Shown piece after piece: positions 18,811 to 26,754 of a stretch of DNA of 64,000 nucleotides. The DNA is from an uncultured Acidobacteriaceae bacterium (GTDB taxonomy: Bacteria > Acidobacteriota > Terriglobia > Terriglobales > Acidobacteriaceae): positions 226,875 to 290,874 of the forward strand of contig CAVRCN010000004.1 in the NCBI GenBank assembly GCA_963719575.1. Reading direction: 5' to 3'. The notes under the pieces are model-generated. The model was given only the letters and a program-made list of their open reading frames with translations. It searched no databases and was not told the DNA's origin. A program made the translations under genes and the position numbers. The first letter of the stretch is position 1. Every line of letters starts with the position of its first letter.

Positions 18811-18890
18811 GGTCCTGGGAAGGGCACGAGTTTCACTCATGCCGTTAAGGGAGTCGAACCGATCCGCGCTTCAGCGCCTGAGGAGCGCTC
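18811..18890. repeat. dispersed intergenic repeat containing GGCACGAGT-NNN-ACTCNTGCC hairpin
   Basis: GGCACGAGTTTCACTCATGCC at 18823-18843 has a second copy of the hairpin core, GGCACGAGTGGAACTCGTGCC, at 31574-31594. Confidence 0.45.
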
Positions 18891-18907
18891 TCTATTCCCC
18901 GCACAAC

Positions 18908-19633
18908 CTATGAAGGCACCGGCAACCGCGACTCACCCTTCACTTCGTCGCTCAACACGATGGCCTCGGCAATTTCCTTCATGGGCTTGCGTTTCTGCCG
19001 GCTCTGACGCTGCAATGCCAGGTAAGCCTGCTCTTCGTCCAACCCCAGATCGCGCTGCAGGATGCCCTTCGCCCGCTCCACAATCTTCCGCGTCTGCAAC
19101 TGTTCCGACAGGTTGGAGTTCACGGTATCGAGCCGCGCCATTTCGATCTCCGCTCCCACCAGAAATCCAATGGTAGAAATCAGCTGGATCTGCCGCCGAT
19201 TGTAAACATGCGGCAGCCGGTGCTGCAGGTTAATCACTCCCATCACCCGACCCCGGCACATCAGCGGCACCGAAAGAAAGGCCTCATAAGTATCTTCCGG
19301 CAGTTCATGAAAAAAACGAAACCGCGGATCCGACTGCGCCTTTCCCGACACCGAAACCGGTTCGCCATGTTCCGCGACCCAGCCCGTAATCCCTTGTCCC
19401 ACGCGCAGCTTCAACCGGTCCACCACTTCTGGATGCGGATTCTTCGACGCGCGCAAAACCAATTCCTCGCCCTCCAGCACATACACCAGGCAGGAATCGC
19501 ACTTCACCAGCCCCGCCGCAAACTCCACGACTCGGGTTAACACTTCATGAAATCCGTCCGCCGTTCCCAGCCGGACGCCAATCTCATGCAATAAATCAAC
19601 GTGTGAATCCTCAAACGACATGATCGGTTCCAT
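18908..19633 (-). CDS. GAF + ANTAR RNA-binding antiterminator-type regulator
   Basis: GAF-like N-terminus (LVYVLEGEELVLRAS...GITGWVAEHGEPV...VPLMCRGRVMGVINL). C-terminal ANTAR (IVERAKGILQRDLGLDEEQAYLALQRQSRQKRKPMKEIAEAIV). Confidence 0.85.
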   Translation of the reverse strand: MEPIMSFEDSHVDLLHEIGVRLGTADGFHEVLTRVVEFAAGLVKCDSCLVYVLEGEELVLRASKNPHPEVVDRLKLRVGQGITGWVAEHGEPVSVSGKAQSDPRFRFFHELPEDTYEAFLSVPLMCRGRVMGVINLQHRLPHVYNRRQIQLISTIGFLVGAEIEMARLDTVNSNLSEQLQTRKIVERAKGILQRDLGLDEEQAYLALQRQSRQKRKPMKEIAEAIVLSDEVKGESRLPVPS

Positions 19634-19872
19634 GATCTAAAAGTAGGGCGCGCCGCCCGCAATGTCTAATTCCAAATTTTGATGGGCCTGATAAAGGATT
19701 TCCCTCGCAATTATTACCTTGGTTTAACATCCTTTTCGAACCCGCTGCATCGCGCCCCACCCACTCGAAACCGCAACTCACGGAGTAAAATCTCCCACCT
19801 TCGTGTACCTGAGTGCCCCTTTGTGGTGGATGGTTTACCCCGTGAAACTCCGTGTCCCCTGTGGTAAAAGCT

Positions 19873-20325
19873 CTAAGGTTTACCGTCGAGATCCACAACC
19901 TTCACCGGCAAATCCCAATGCGCGTCCAGAATCTCAAACCGCCGCTGCTCCTCGCGCGCATACGTATCCTGATCGGGCCAGAGCTGCTTTTTGATGGCAT
20001 CCTCCTCGAATGGCTCATTAGCCACGGTCGCATTCTTGAACACGATGGTCACCCGGAAGTCCCAGCGCCCGTCTTCGGTAGTGTGATACCGCGGCTGGTC
20101 CATCCAGACCTTCACCATCCTCCCCATCTCGACTTCCTTCTTCAACAGCGGATAATGATTCTTCTTGAACAGCTTCAAGAATTCATCCGCATGCCCCCAC
20201 TTCGTCTTGTAGTAATACTCCACGACAAACGGTTGCCCGGACGCAGGCGCCTGAGCATGAGAGACAACCGGCAGGATGAAAGCCAAGAACAAAACCAGCG
20301 CAAGAACGCGAAACATTCGAATCAC
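19873..20325 (-). CDS. secreted hypothetical protein
   Basis: Signal peptide LALVLFLAFILPVVSHAQA and a protein-like composition. No family recognised. Confidence 0.55.
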   Translation of the reverse strand: MIRMFRVLALVLFLAFILPVVSHAQAPASGQPFVVEYYYKTKWGHADEFLKLFKKNHYPLLKKEVEMGRMVKVWMDQPRYHTTEDGRWDFRVTIVFKNATVANEPFEEDAIKKQLWPDQDTYAREEQRRFEILDAHWDLPVKVVDLDGKP

Positions 20326-20422
20326 AAAATCCTCCTTACGTTAACGACTGCGTTTGCTTGTACACCAACCCGTCGTTAGCATCAATAAAATGGTTGGAGT
20401 GCGGCGACGCCGCGATTACGTT

Positions 20423-20643
20423 TGTCATCCTTGCGCGGAGTGGATGCTTCGCGAAGCGAAGCATCCACTCAGTCGAAGAATCCCTATAGTCGTCAGGACC
20501 TCAGCGTCGAGGGGTTCTCACGCCGCTTCCGACCGCGCGGAAAGAACTCCTCGAATCGCCGGCGAAGGCGGTTGTGCCATTAGAGGTCCTTCGGCTGCGT
20601 TGCCGTTCGCTTCGCCAGCGGCAACTTCGCTCAGGATGACAAA
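20423..20643. repeat. composite element: two inverted GTCATCCTGAGCG...hairpin...GTCGAAGGACC units flanking about 100 bp
   Basis: Unit at 20423-20484 (stem GAGTGGATGCTTCG/CGAAGCATCCACTC) and inverted unit at 20584-20643 (stem GTTGCCG/CGGCAAC). Same architecture as 23146-23376. Confidence 0.7.
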
Positions 20644-20661
20644 TCTTGGGAAGGCGACTCG

Positions 20662-21060
20662 ATGCAGATAAGCAACGACGAAGACCAAATCCACCAACTC
20701 TTCATAGACGGCGACCGCGCCCTAATCGCCGCCGACCAAGCCGCACTCGCGCTCATCTTCGCCGACGACTACATCCAATACGACGAATCGGGCAAGGCGT
20801 TCACCAAAGAAGACGTGCTCAACAATCTCACCTCCGGCGCAATCCGCTATATCTCAATGACCTCCACCGCCCGCCAAATCCGTCTGCTAAAAGACGGCGT
20901 AGCTCTGGTCCACGGCTCCGAAGAAGACGAAGTCGAACAACATGGACGCCGCTTCCAAGTCCGCTACATCTACACAGACGTAGTCATGAAGCGCAATGGC
21001 AATTGGCAGATCGTAGGATCACAGCTGGCGAAACCGAGCAAATCGTCGTACCCAAAGTAG
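20662..21060 (+). CDS. SnoaL-like / DUF4440 (NTF2-fold) protein
   Basis: 132 aa. The pattern IHQLFIDGDRALIAADQAAL...FTKEDVL...VVMKRNGNWQIVGSQL is typical of NTF2-like DUF4440 proteins. Confidence 0.7.
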   Translation: MQISNDEDQIHQLFIDGDRALIAADQAALALIFADDYIQYDESGKAFTKEDVLNNLTSGAIRYISMTSTARQIRLLKDGVALVHGSEEDEVEQHGRRFQVRYIYTDVVMKRNGNWQIVGSQLAKPSKSSYPK

Positions 21061-21069
21061 CGACGCTTA

Positions 21070-21711
21070 CTAACCCCTAATCCCTGACCCCTGGCCACTG
21101 ATTCTATTCTGCCAGTGACTCCACACAAACCACGCCGCCCCCGCCACCAGCACCACAACAATCACCGCGTCGAACTTATGGAAATATTTTCCCAGCGCCC
21201 GCCAGTTCTCGCCCAGCTTCATCCCGAAGTAAGCCAGCGCAAAGCACCACGGCCATGATCCCAGAAACGTATAGACGTGAAACCTTCCCCGCGGCATCCG
21301 CGCCACGCCCGCCGGCAGCGCGATGAAGGTGCGAATCACCGGCAGCAGCCGCGCAATGAACACGGCCAGATATCCCCAGCGCAAAAAGAAACGGTCGGCC
21401 CAGTCGAGCTCGCGCTTGCCCATCAGAATCCAGCGCCCGTAGCGCTCCACCAGCGGACGCCCGCCGTAACATCCAATCTCATACGCCACCAGCGACCCCA
21501 GGTTGCACCCGATCGCCCCCGCCGTCGCCACCCACAGCAGTTTGAACGTGCCCTCAAACACCAGGTATCCGCCAAACGGCATAATCAATTCCGAAGGCAG
21601 CGGAATGCACGCCGACTCAATCGCCATCAGCAGCGCGATCCCGCCGTAGCCGGTCGCCGCAATCACCGACTTGATAAATATAAAAACCACCGCCAGAAGT
21701 TTTTCAGTCAT
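21070..21711 (-). CDS. DedA family membrane protein
   Basis: 213 aa. ESACIPLPSELIMPFGGYL and RLLPVIRTFIALPAGVARM motifs. Confidence 0.85.
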   Translation of the reverse strand: MTEKLLAVVFIFIKSVIAATGYGGIALLMAIESACIPLPSELIMPFGGYLVFEGTFKLLWVATAGAIGCNLGSLVAYEIGCYGGRPLVERYGRWILMGKRELDWADRFFLRWGYLAVFIARLLPVIRTFIALPAGVARMPRGRFHVYTFLGSWPWCFALAYFGMKLGENWRALGKYFHKFDAVIVVVLVAGAAWFVWSHWQNRISGQGSGIRG

Positions 21712-21721
21712 GAGAAGAAAT

Positions 21722-21815
21722 CAGTTCTCGGTTCTCGGTTCTCGGTTCTCGGTCCGACACATCAAGTTCTTGGGTTTACTGAGAACCGACAACTGAGAAC
21801 TGAGAACAGAGAACT
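21722..21815. repeat. heptanucleotide microsatellite (GTTCTCG x4) with inverted GAGAAC-rich arm
   Basis: GTTCTCG at 21724, 21731, 21738 and 21745. Opposing CTGAGAAC/TGAGAAC/AGAGAAC at 21781-21814. The arms can pair across a loop of about 28 nt. Confidence 0.75.
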
Positions 21816-21901
21816 AGCCAGTAGAGTGTATCGGAAAAAAGCAGAGATACCGCGTAGGTGTTGCCTTTACTGGCGGCTGATAGCCGAGAGCTAGCAGCTT
21901 C

Positions 21902-22126
21902 CTAAAACGACCCGTCCTGCGTGAACGTATACCCGGGCAGCGTTGCGCCTTCCGGGCTCTTGGTGACTTTAATGCGGAGGGTCGGCGCGTCCGGAGCCGT
22001 AATCCCCGCTGGCCGCAACATGGCAAACTGCGAGAACACTTCGTTGTAGACCTTGGTGACAAGATAATCCAGCCCATCGGCGTTACTCCGCCAAACTTGC
22101 CCGAGTTGGATCGCATTCACCGCCAT
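21902..22126 (-). CDS. small hypothetical protein
   Basis: ATG at 22126 preceded by AGGAAA. 74 aa. No family recognised. Confidence 0.4.
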   Translation of the reverse strand: MAVNAIQLGQVWRSNADGLDYLVTKVYNEVFSQFAMLRPAGITAPDAPTLRIKVTKSPEGATLPGYTFTQDGSF

Positions 22127-22287
22127 AACTTTCCTGACTTCGTTCCTGTAACTCGCATGCCTGACTCGAAGGATTGTCATCAGACTACCCGCGCCCCCAT
22201 CCCCCGTCAATGACGCCCCAGGTTACGGATGGACACTGCAACCTCGGCCAGTTCTCTGTCCTCGCTCCTGTTAAAATATTGCTCCTC

Positions 22288-23118
22288 ATGCCCCCCCGCC
22301 AGAAAAGTACTCGCGCGAAAAAAGGTCCGAAGGGTTCTAGTGGTCTTAATGTGGGGACGGGCACTCCTGCCCGTCCCCGGGGCGCAGCCCCGGCGGCAGC
22401 GCCACAGCCCTCGAAAAGCTCCCCGAAGAAATCTCCCGCCTACAATCCCCTCGCTCCCAATCGCATCGCCGAAATCCTGCTCCGCCTCGACCACCTCTAC
22501 CCCGCCGTCACCTGCGCCCTCACCCACTCCAGCGCTTGGGAGCTCCTGGTCGCAACCATCCTCTCCGCCCAATCCACCGACGCCAACGTCAACCGCGTCA
22601 CCCCCGAACTGTTCCGCAAATATCCCACCGTCGAAGCCTTCGCTGCGCTCACCCCCGAACAGCTCCAGCCCGACGTGCGCTCCACCGGCTTCTTCCGCAA
22701 CAAATCGAAATCCGTCGTGGGCGCAGCGCAAAAAATCGTCGCCGACTTCGGCGGCCAGGTCCCCGACGACATGGAAAAACTTCTCACCCTCCCCGGCGTC
22801 GCCCGCAAAACCGCCAACGTCGTCCTCGGCTCGTGGTTCCACAAAGCCGACGGCGTAGTCGTCGACACCCACGTCCACCGCATCTCCCGCCGCCTCGAAC
22901 TCACACCGAACGACGACCCGCAAAAAATCGAGCAGGACTTGATGAAAATCATCCCGCGCGAAAAGTGGATCCTCTTTTCTCACCAGATCATCCACCACGG
23001 CCGCTCCCTCTGCGTCGCCCGCAAACCCAAATGCGTCGATTGCCCCCTGGAAAATCTCTGCCACGCCGCCGACAAAACCTGGAGCACCGTAGAGATCCAC
23101 AAGAACGCGAAGGCGTGA
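22288..23118 (+). CDS. nth: endonuclease III (DNA glycosylase/AP lyase) with Pro/Lys-rich N-terminal extension
   Basis: LVATILSAQSTDANVN HhH-GPD core, LPGVARKTANVVL helix-hairpin-helix, and C-terminal Fe-S cluster CVARKPKCVDCPLENLC. Confidence 0.9.
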   Translation: MPPRQKSTRAKKGPKGSSGLNVGTGTPARPRGAAPAAAPQPSKSSPKKSPAYNPLAPNRIAEILLRLDHLYPAVTCALTHSSAWELLVATILSAQSTDANVNRVTPELFRKYPTVEAFAALTPEQLQPDVRSTGFFRNKSKSVVGAAQKIVADFGGQVPDDMEKLLTLPGVARKTANVVLGSWFHKADGVVVDTHVHRISRRLELTPNDDPQKIEQDLMKIIPREKWILFSHQIIHHGRSLCVARKPKCVDCPLENLCHAADKTWSTVEIHKNAKA

Positions 23119-23145
23119 ACGCTCCCGTAGTCAACCAAGGTGCCC

Positions 23146-23376
23146 TGTCATCCTGAGCGAAGTAATTGCCTCGGCGAAGCCGAGGCAATTACGCAGTCGA
23201 AGGACCCCATGCATGCGTGCGCTGCCACCGGCCCCTCGAGGAGTTTCTGCCAAGGCAATCAAACGAGTTGAAACAGAAACCCCTCTCAAGGCTCCCGGAG
23301 ATGCCGCCGCGCAAGGGGTCCTTCGACTCCAAGGGAAGTGCGCTTCGCGCCCTTCCCTCTGCGCTCAGGATGACAG
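23146..23376. repeat. composite element: two inverted GTCATCCTGAGCG...hairpin...GTCGAAGGACC units flanking about 107 bp
   Basis: Unit at 23146-23207 (stem GTAATTGCCTCGG/CCGAGGCAATTAC) and inverted unit at 23315-23376 (stem GGGAAGTGCG/CGCCCTTCCC). Confidence 0.7.
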
Positions 23377-23441
23377 CTGGAAGCGTCGCGCAACGACTCT
23401 GCTAAACTTTCTCTTCACCCTCACGCGAGGCTCCCGATCCC

Positions 23442-25475
23442 ATGCGCGCTTTCATCCCGTTTGCTATCGTCATACTCATGACCACAGTCGCCGCCGAAAC
23501 TGCCTCTGCCCAGACTCTGCCCGCTCCCCAGGCCATCAGCGACCCGAAAAAGATCGCTTCCAAGCCCAACGCGCAAGTCGAGCCGCGCACCCTGACCATC
23601 GAAAAGCTCTACATGACGCGCCAGGTGGGCCGTCCCACGTGGGCGCCCGACGGCAAGAGCATCGCCTTCGTCTCCAACATGAGCGGACGCAACAACATAT
23701 GGCTCGTTCCCGCCGAGGGCGGATGGCCCACTCAACTCACGGTCAGCGACCAGCGCCAGACCTCGCCCGCGTGGTCCCCCGACGGTAAGTGGATCGCCTA
23801 TCAATCCGACTACGACGGCGACGAGCAGTGGGATATTTTTCTGGTCTCGCCCAAGACCGGCAAAGTCGTCAATTTAACCAACACGCGCGAAATCGCCGAA
23901 ATGAGTCCGACCTGGTCACCGGACGGCCGTTACCTGGCCTACGAAGTGAAGCCGAAAACTTCCGCTGCATTTGAAATCGACATCTACGACACGCTGATGC
24001 GCGAAGTGAAGCATCTCACGACGAACACGCCGCAGGATAAGCGCAATGTGAATCCCATCTGGTCGAAAGATGGGGCATACATCGTGTACACGCAGGAGCA
24101 GGCCAAGGGGACGGATTCGAACATCTTCATCGCAGATGTAGCGACTGGAAAAAGCACGCTGCTAACGCCGCACGAAGGCGAACAGTTGTACTTCGCGAAC
24201 GATTTCTCTTTGATCGCTGGCATGCGCGACGCCTTGACCGTGCTACTCACGTCCAACGCCAGCAATGGATACGACAACATCGGGTTACTGGACGTAGGAA
24301 TGAGGGGCGCACCTTCAGGACACATCGGTCATGGCGAGGTTAAGTGGCTGACTAAAGACAAATGGGAAATCCGCGGCGGCGAATTTTCGCCCGACGGCAA
24401 GCTCCTCACCTTCAGCGCCAACGTTGACGGCAACGAAGACATTTTTCTCCACGATCTCGCTACGGGCAAGTCTACTACCCTGCGGATCCCGAAAGGCGTG
24501 AACGAACCGGCCGGCGGCCACTCCGCTTTCACAAAAGACGGCTCGCGCCTGCTCTACATGCACAACGGCCCCACTGCTCCGGGTGATCTCTGGGTGTACA
24601 ACGTCGCCACCGGCAAATCGCATCAAGTCACGCACTCACTCGTGGCGGGCGTGCGCTCTGAAGACATGGTCGAGCCTTATCTCGTGCACTATCCCAGCCG
24701 CGACGGCAAGTGGACCATCTCCGCGTTTCTCTATGTTCCCTACAACATGGCGCGCAACGGACAGAACGCCGCCATCGTCTACATCCATGGCGGCCCCACG
24801 TCGCAGAGCATGAATTCGTTCAACCGCTTCGTGCAATACGCCGCGAATCAAGGCTACATGGTGCTTGCGCCCAACTATCGCGGCTCGACCGGATACGGCA
24901 AAGAATTTCAGCAGGCCAATTTATTCGACATGGGCGGCGGCGATCTGCAGGACGTGCTCGCTGGAGTCGACTGGATCAAGCAGACCGGACACCTCGATCC
25001 CAAAAAGATCGCCGTGATGGGCGGAAGCTACGGCGGCTATCTCAGCATGATGGCAGTCACGAAAGCGCCCGACGTCTGGGCAGCGGGCGTTCCCATCGTG
25101 CCTTTTGTAAATTGGTTTACAGAGATTGAACACGAAGACCCGGTGCTGCAGCAATCCGATCTCGCGACCATGGGCGATGTCGTGAAAAATAAAGCGCTCT
25201 ACGAGGACCGGTCGCCCATCAACTTCATCGACCAGATCAAAGCGCCGCTGCTGTTGCTCGCCGGCGGACACGATCCACGGTGCCCCAAGGAAGAAACGCA
25301 GCAGGTGGTCGACGCCATCAAGAAGCGCGGCGGCACGGTCGAATACAAAATTTACGACAACGAAGGCCACGGCTTCGCGCGCGTCGAAAATCAAATCGAC
25401 GCCTACAAGCGCGTCGCGGATTTTCTGCTGGCGCACGTGCAACCCGCCGATTGCAGTTGCTCGCTAACGGAGTAG
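23442..25475 (+). CDS. S9 family serine peptidase with N-terminal TolB-like beta-propeller
   Basis: Signal peptide. Repeated WAPDGKSIAF / WSPDGKWIAY / WSPDGRYLAY PD40-like blades. Catalytic GGSYGGY, plus downstream D and H (EGHGF). Confidence 0.9.
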   Translation: MRAFIPFAIVILMTTVAAETASAQTLPAPQAISDPKKIASKPNAQVEPRTLTIEKLYMTRQVGRPTWAPDGKSIAFVSNMSGRNNIWLVPAEGGWPTQLTVSDQRQTSPAWSPDGKWIAYQSDYDGDEQWDIFLVSPKTGKVVNLTNTREIAEMSPTWSPDGRYLAYEVKPKTSAAFEIDIYDTLMREVKHLTTNTPQDKRNVNPIWSKDGAYIVYTQEQAKGTDSNIFIADVATGKSTLLTPHEGEQLYFANDFSLIAGMRDALTVLLTSNASNGYDNIGLLDVGMRGAPSGHIGHGEVKWLTKDKWEIRGGEFSPDGKLLTFSANVDGNEDIFLHDLATGKSTTLRIPKGVNEPAGGHSAFTKDGSRLLYMHNGPTAPGDLWVYNVATGKSHQVTHSLVAGVRSEDMVEPYLVHYPSRDGKWTISAFLYVPYNMARNGQNAAIVYIHGGPTSQSMNSFNRFVQYAANQGYMVLAPNYRGSTGYGKEFQQANLFDMGGGDLQDVLAGVDWIKQTGHLDPKKIAVMGGSYGGYLSMMAVTKAPDVWAAGVPIVPFVNWFTEIEHEDPVLQQSDLATMGDVVKNKALYEDRSPINFIDQIKAPLLLLAGGHDPRCPKEETQQVVDAIKKRGGTVEYKIYDNEGHGFARVENQIDAYKRVADFLLAHVQPADCSCSLTE

Positions 25476-25486
25476 AGCCTGACGAT

Positions 25487-25612
25487 TCTCTCTGCGACCT
25501 CCGCGGAATTTCCTTTGCGCTCTCTGCGGTTAAGAGCTTTTAAAAGCCGTTTAAAAGCCGTTGACCGCAAAGTACGCAAAGAACAGCCGCGAAGGCCGCA
25601 AAGAAAATCAGC
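25487..25612. repeat. long imperfect palindrome (CTTTGCG...GCGGTTAA / TTGACCGCAAAG arms)
   Basis: The left arm TCTCTGCGACCTCCGCGG..CCTTTGCGCTCTCTGCGGTTAAGAGC pairs with the right arm GTTGACCGCAAAGTACGCAAAGAACAGCCGCGAAGGCCGCAAAGA. It lies just after the S9 peptidase stop. Confidence 0.6.
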
Positions 25613-25636
25613 CCTCACGCCGATTTTATCACTCCA

Positions 25637-25674
25637 ATGTTATCAATAACTTGCGGCTAAGTTGTTGATTCCAC
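25637..25674. repeat. 38-bp direct repeat, copy 1
   Basis: ATGTTATCAATAACTTGCGGCTAAGTTGTTGATTCCAC matches 25846-25883 at 33 of 38 positions by eye. Confidence 0.7.
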
Positions 25675-25845
25675 TGAGAAGCATTTTCGTGGGCGGCGAT
25701 TCTAGCGCCGCAGTTCGCAGGATGACCCTGACCGTCCACCTGTGACCCGATCGTCGATCCTAGGGCCGTCGGAAGCTCAAGAAATGGCCTTCTGATGAAC
25801 GACCGAGACCGCAATCGCGGGCTCGGTCTGTCAATTGCCGCGCTC

Positions 25846-25883
25846 ATGTTTTCAATAACTTGACGCTAAGTGCTTGATTCCAC
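25846..25883. repeat. 38-bp direct repeat, copy 2 (overlaps hemD stop codon)
   Basis: ATGTTTTCAATAACTTGACGCTAAGTGCTTGATTCCAC. The hemD stop (CTA on the plus strand, 25866-25868) lies inside it. Confidence 0.7.
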
Positions 25884-26708
25884 ATGGGCTGATTTTGCAC
25901 CAGTAACGATCGCGTCGACCAGGCCGGGTATGGTGAACTCCCTGGCCTCGATGTCTACCCCTAGTCCTAGCTCACGCAATGTCGAAGATGTGACTGGACC
26001 AATCGACGCTGTGAGGATTCCGTCGAGACTCGGGCGGGCGCGCGAGCCTCCGAGCAGCGTCACGAAGTTGCGTACCGTGGAAGAACTTGTGAATGTGATC
26101 ACATGGGGACGCCGGCGCAGATTCTTCAGCGCCGCGCGCAGGCGCGCGCGCGAAGATTGCGGCACTACGGTTTCGTAGGCTTCGACAACGTCGACATGCG
26201 CGCCCGCTTTGCGCAGTTCTTGCGGAATCACGTCGCGGGCAACTTTGGCGCGCACCAGCAGCACGCGCTTCCCTTTCACGCGGCGGCGCAGGCTGCGCAC
26301 CACGGACTCGGCTACGTACTCTTTGGGAACGACATCGACTTTCACGCCGCGCTTCTCGACGGCATTCTTCGTTGCGGGGCCGATGGCGGCGAGGCGGGCA
26401 TGCTGAACACTTTTTCTTGTGAGTTTCAGCTTGTCCAGCCGCGTCCACATGGCTTCGACGCCGTTCACGCTGGTCAGGATCAGCCAATCGTATTCGCCTA
26501 AATTTCTTAGCGCGGAATCGAGCGGCTTATAGGAACGAGGCTGGCGAATTTCGATGAAAGGAATTTCGAGCACGCGGGCGCCCAGGTTTCGCAATTCGGC
26601 GGAGAGAGCGCTGGCTTGATGGCGGGCGCGGCCGACCAGTATGCGGACTTTGCTCAATGGGCGGTTTGTGGATGCGGGACTCGTTGATGCGGGAACTTTT
26701 TTGCTCAT
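25866..26708 (-). CDS. hemD: uroporphyrinogen-III synthase
   Basis: ILVGRARHQASALSAELRNLGARVLEIPFIEI...YDWLILTSVNGVEA and a second-half ITFTSSSTVRNF repeat pattern. Start could be 26744 or 26708. Confidence 0.8.
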   Translation of the reverse strand: MSKKVPASTSPASTNRPLSKVRILVGRARHQASALSAELRNLGARVLEIPFIEIRQPRSYKPLDSALRNLGEYDWLILTSVNGVEAMWTRLDKLKLTRKSVQHARLAAIGPATKNAVEKRGVKVDVVPKEYVAESVVRSLRRRVKGKRVLLVRAKVARDVIPQELRKAGAHVDVVEAYETVVPQSSRARLRAALKNLRRRPHVITFTSSSTVRNFVTLLGGSRARPSLDGILTASIGPVTSSTLRELGLGVDIEAREFTIPGLVDAIVTGAKSAHVESST

Positions 26709-26754
26709 GGTTAGAGTTGGCGGGCAAGAGTGTCGGCCCCACACAGGCTCTTCA

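Noticed and set aside
20354-20671. 105-aa ORF (and 23166..23405, 23213..23788, 18790..19176, 31467..31724) in intergenic regions
   Set aside because: Each is assembled from the palindromic repeat units described above. These repeat-derived reading frames are not genes.
25629-25847. 72-aa minus-strand ORF between the two 38-bp direct repeats
   Set aside because: No RBS, odd composition, and it is bounded by repeat sequence. More likely non-coding.
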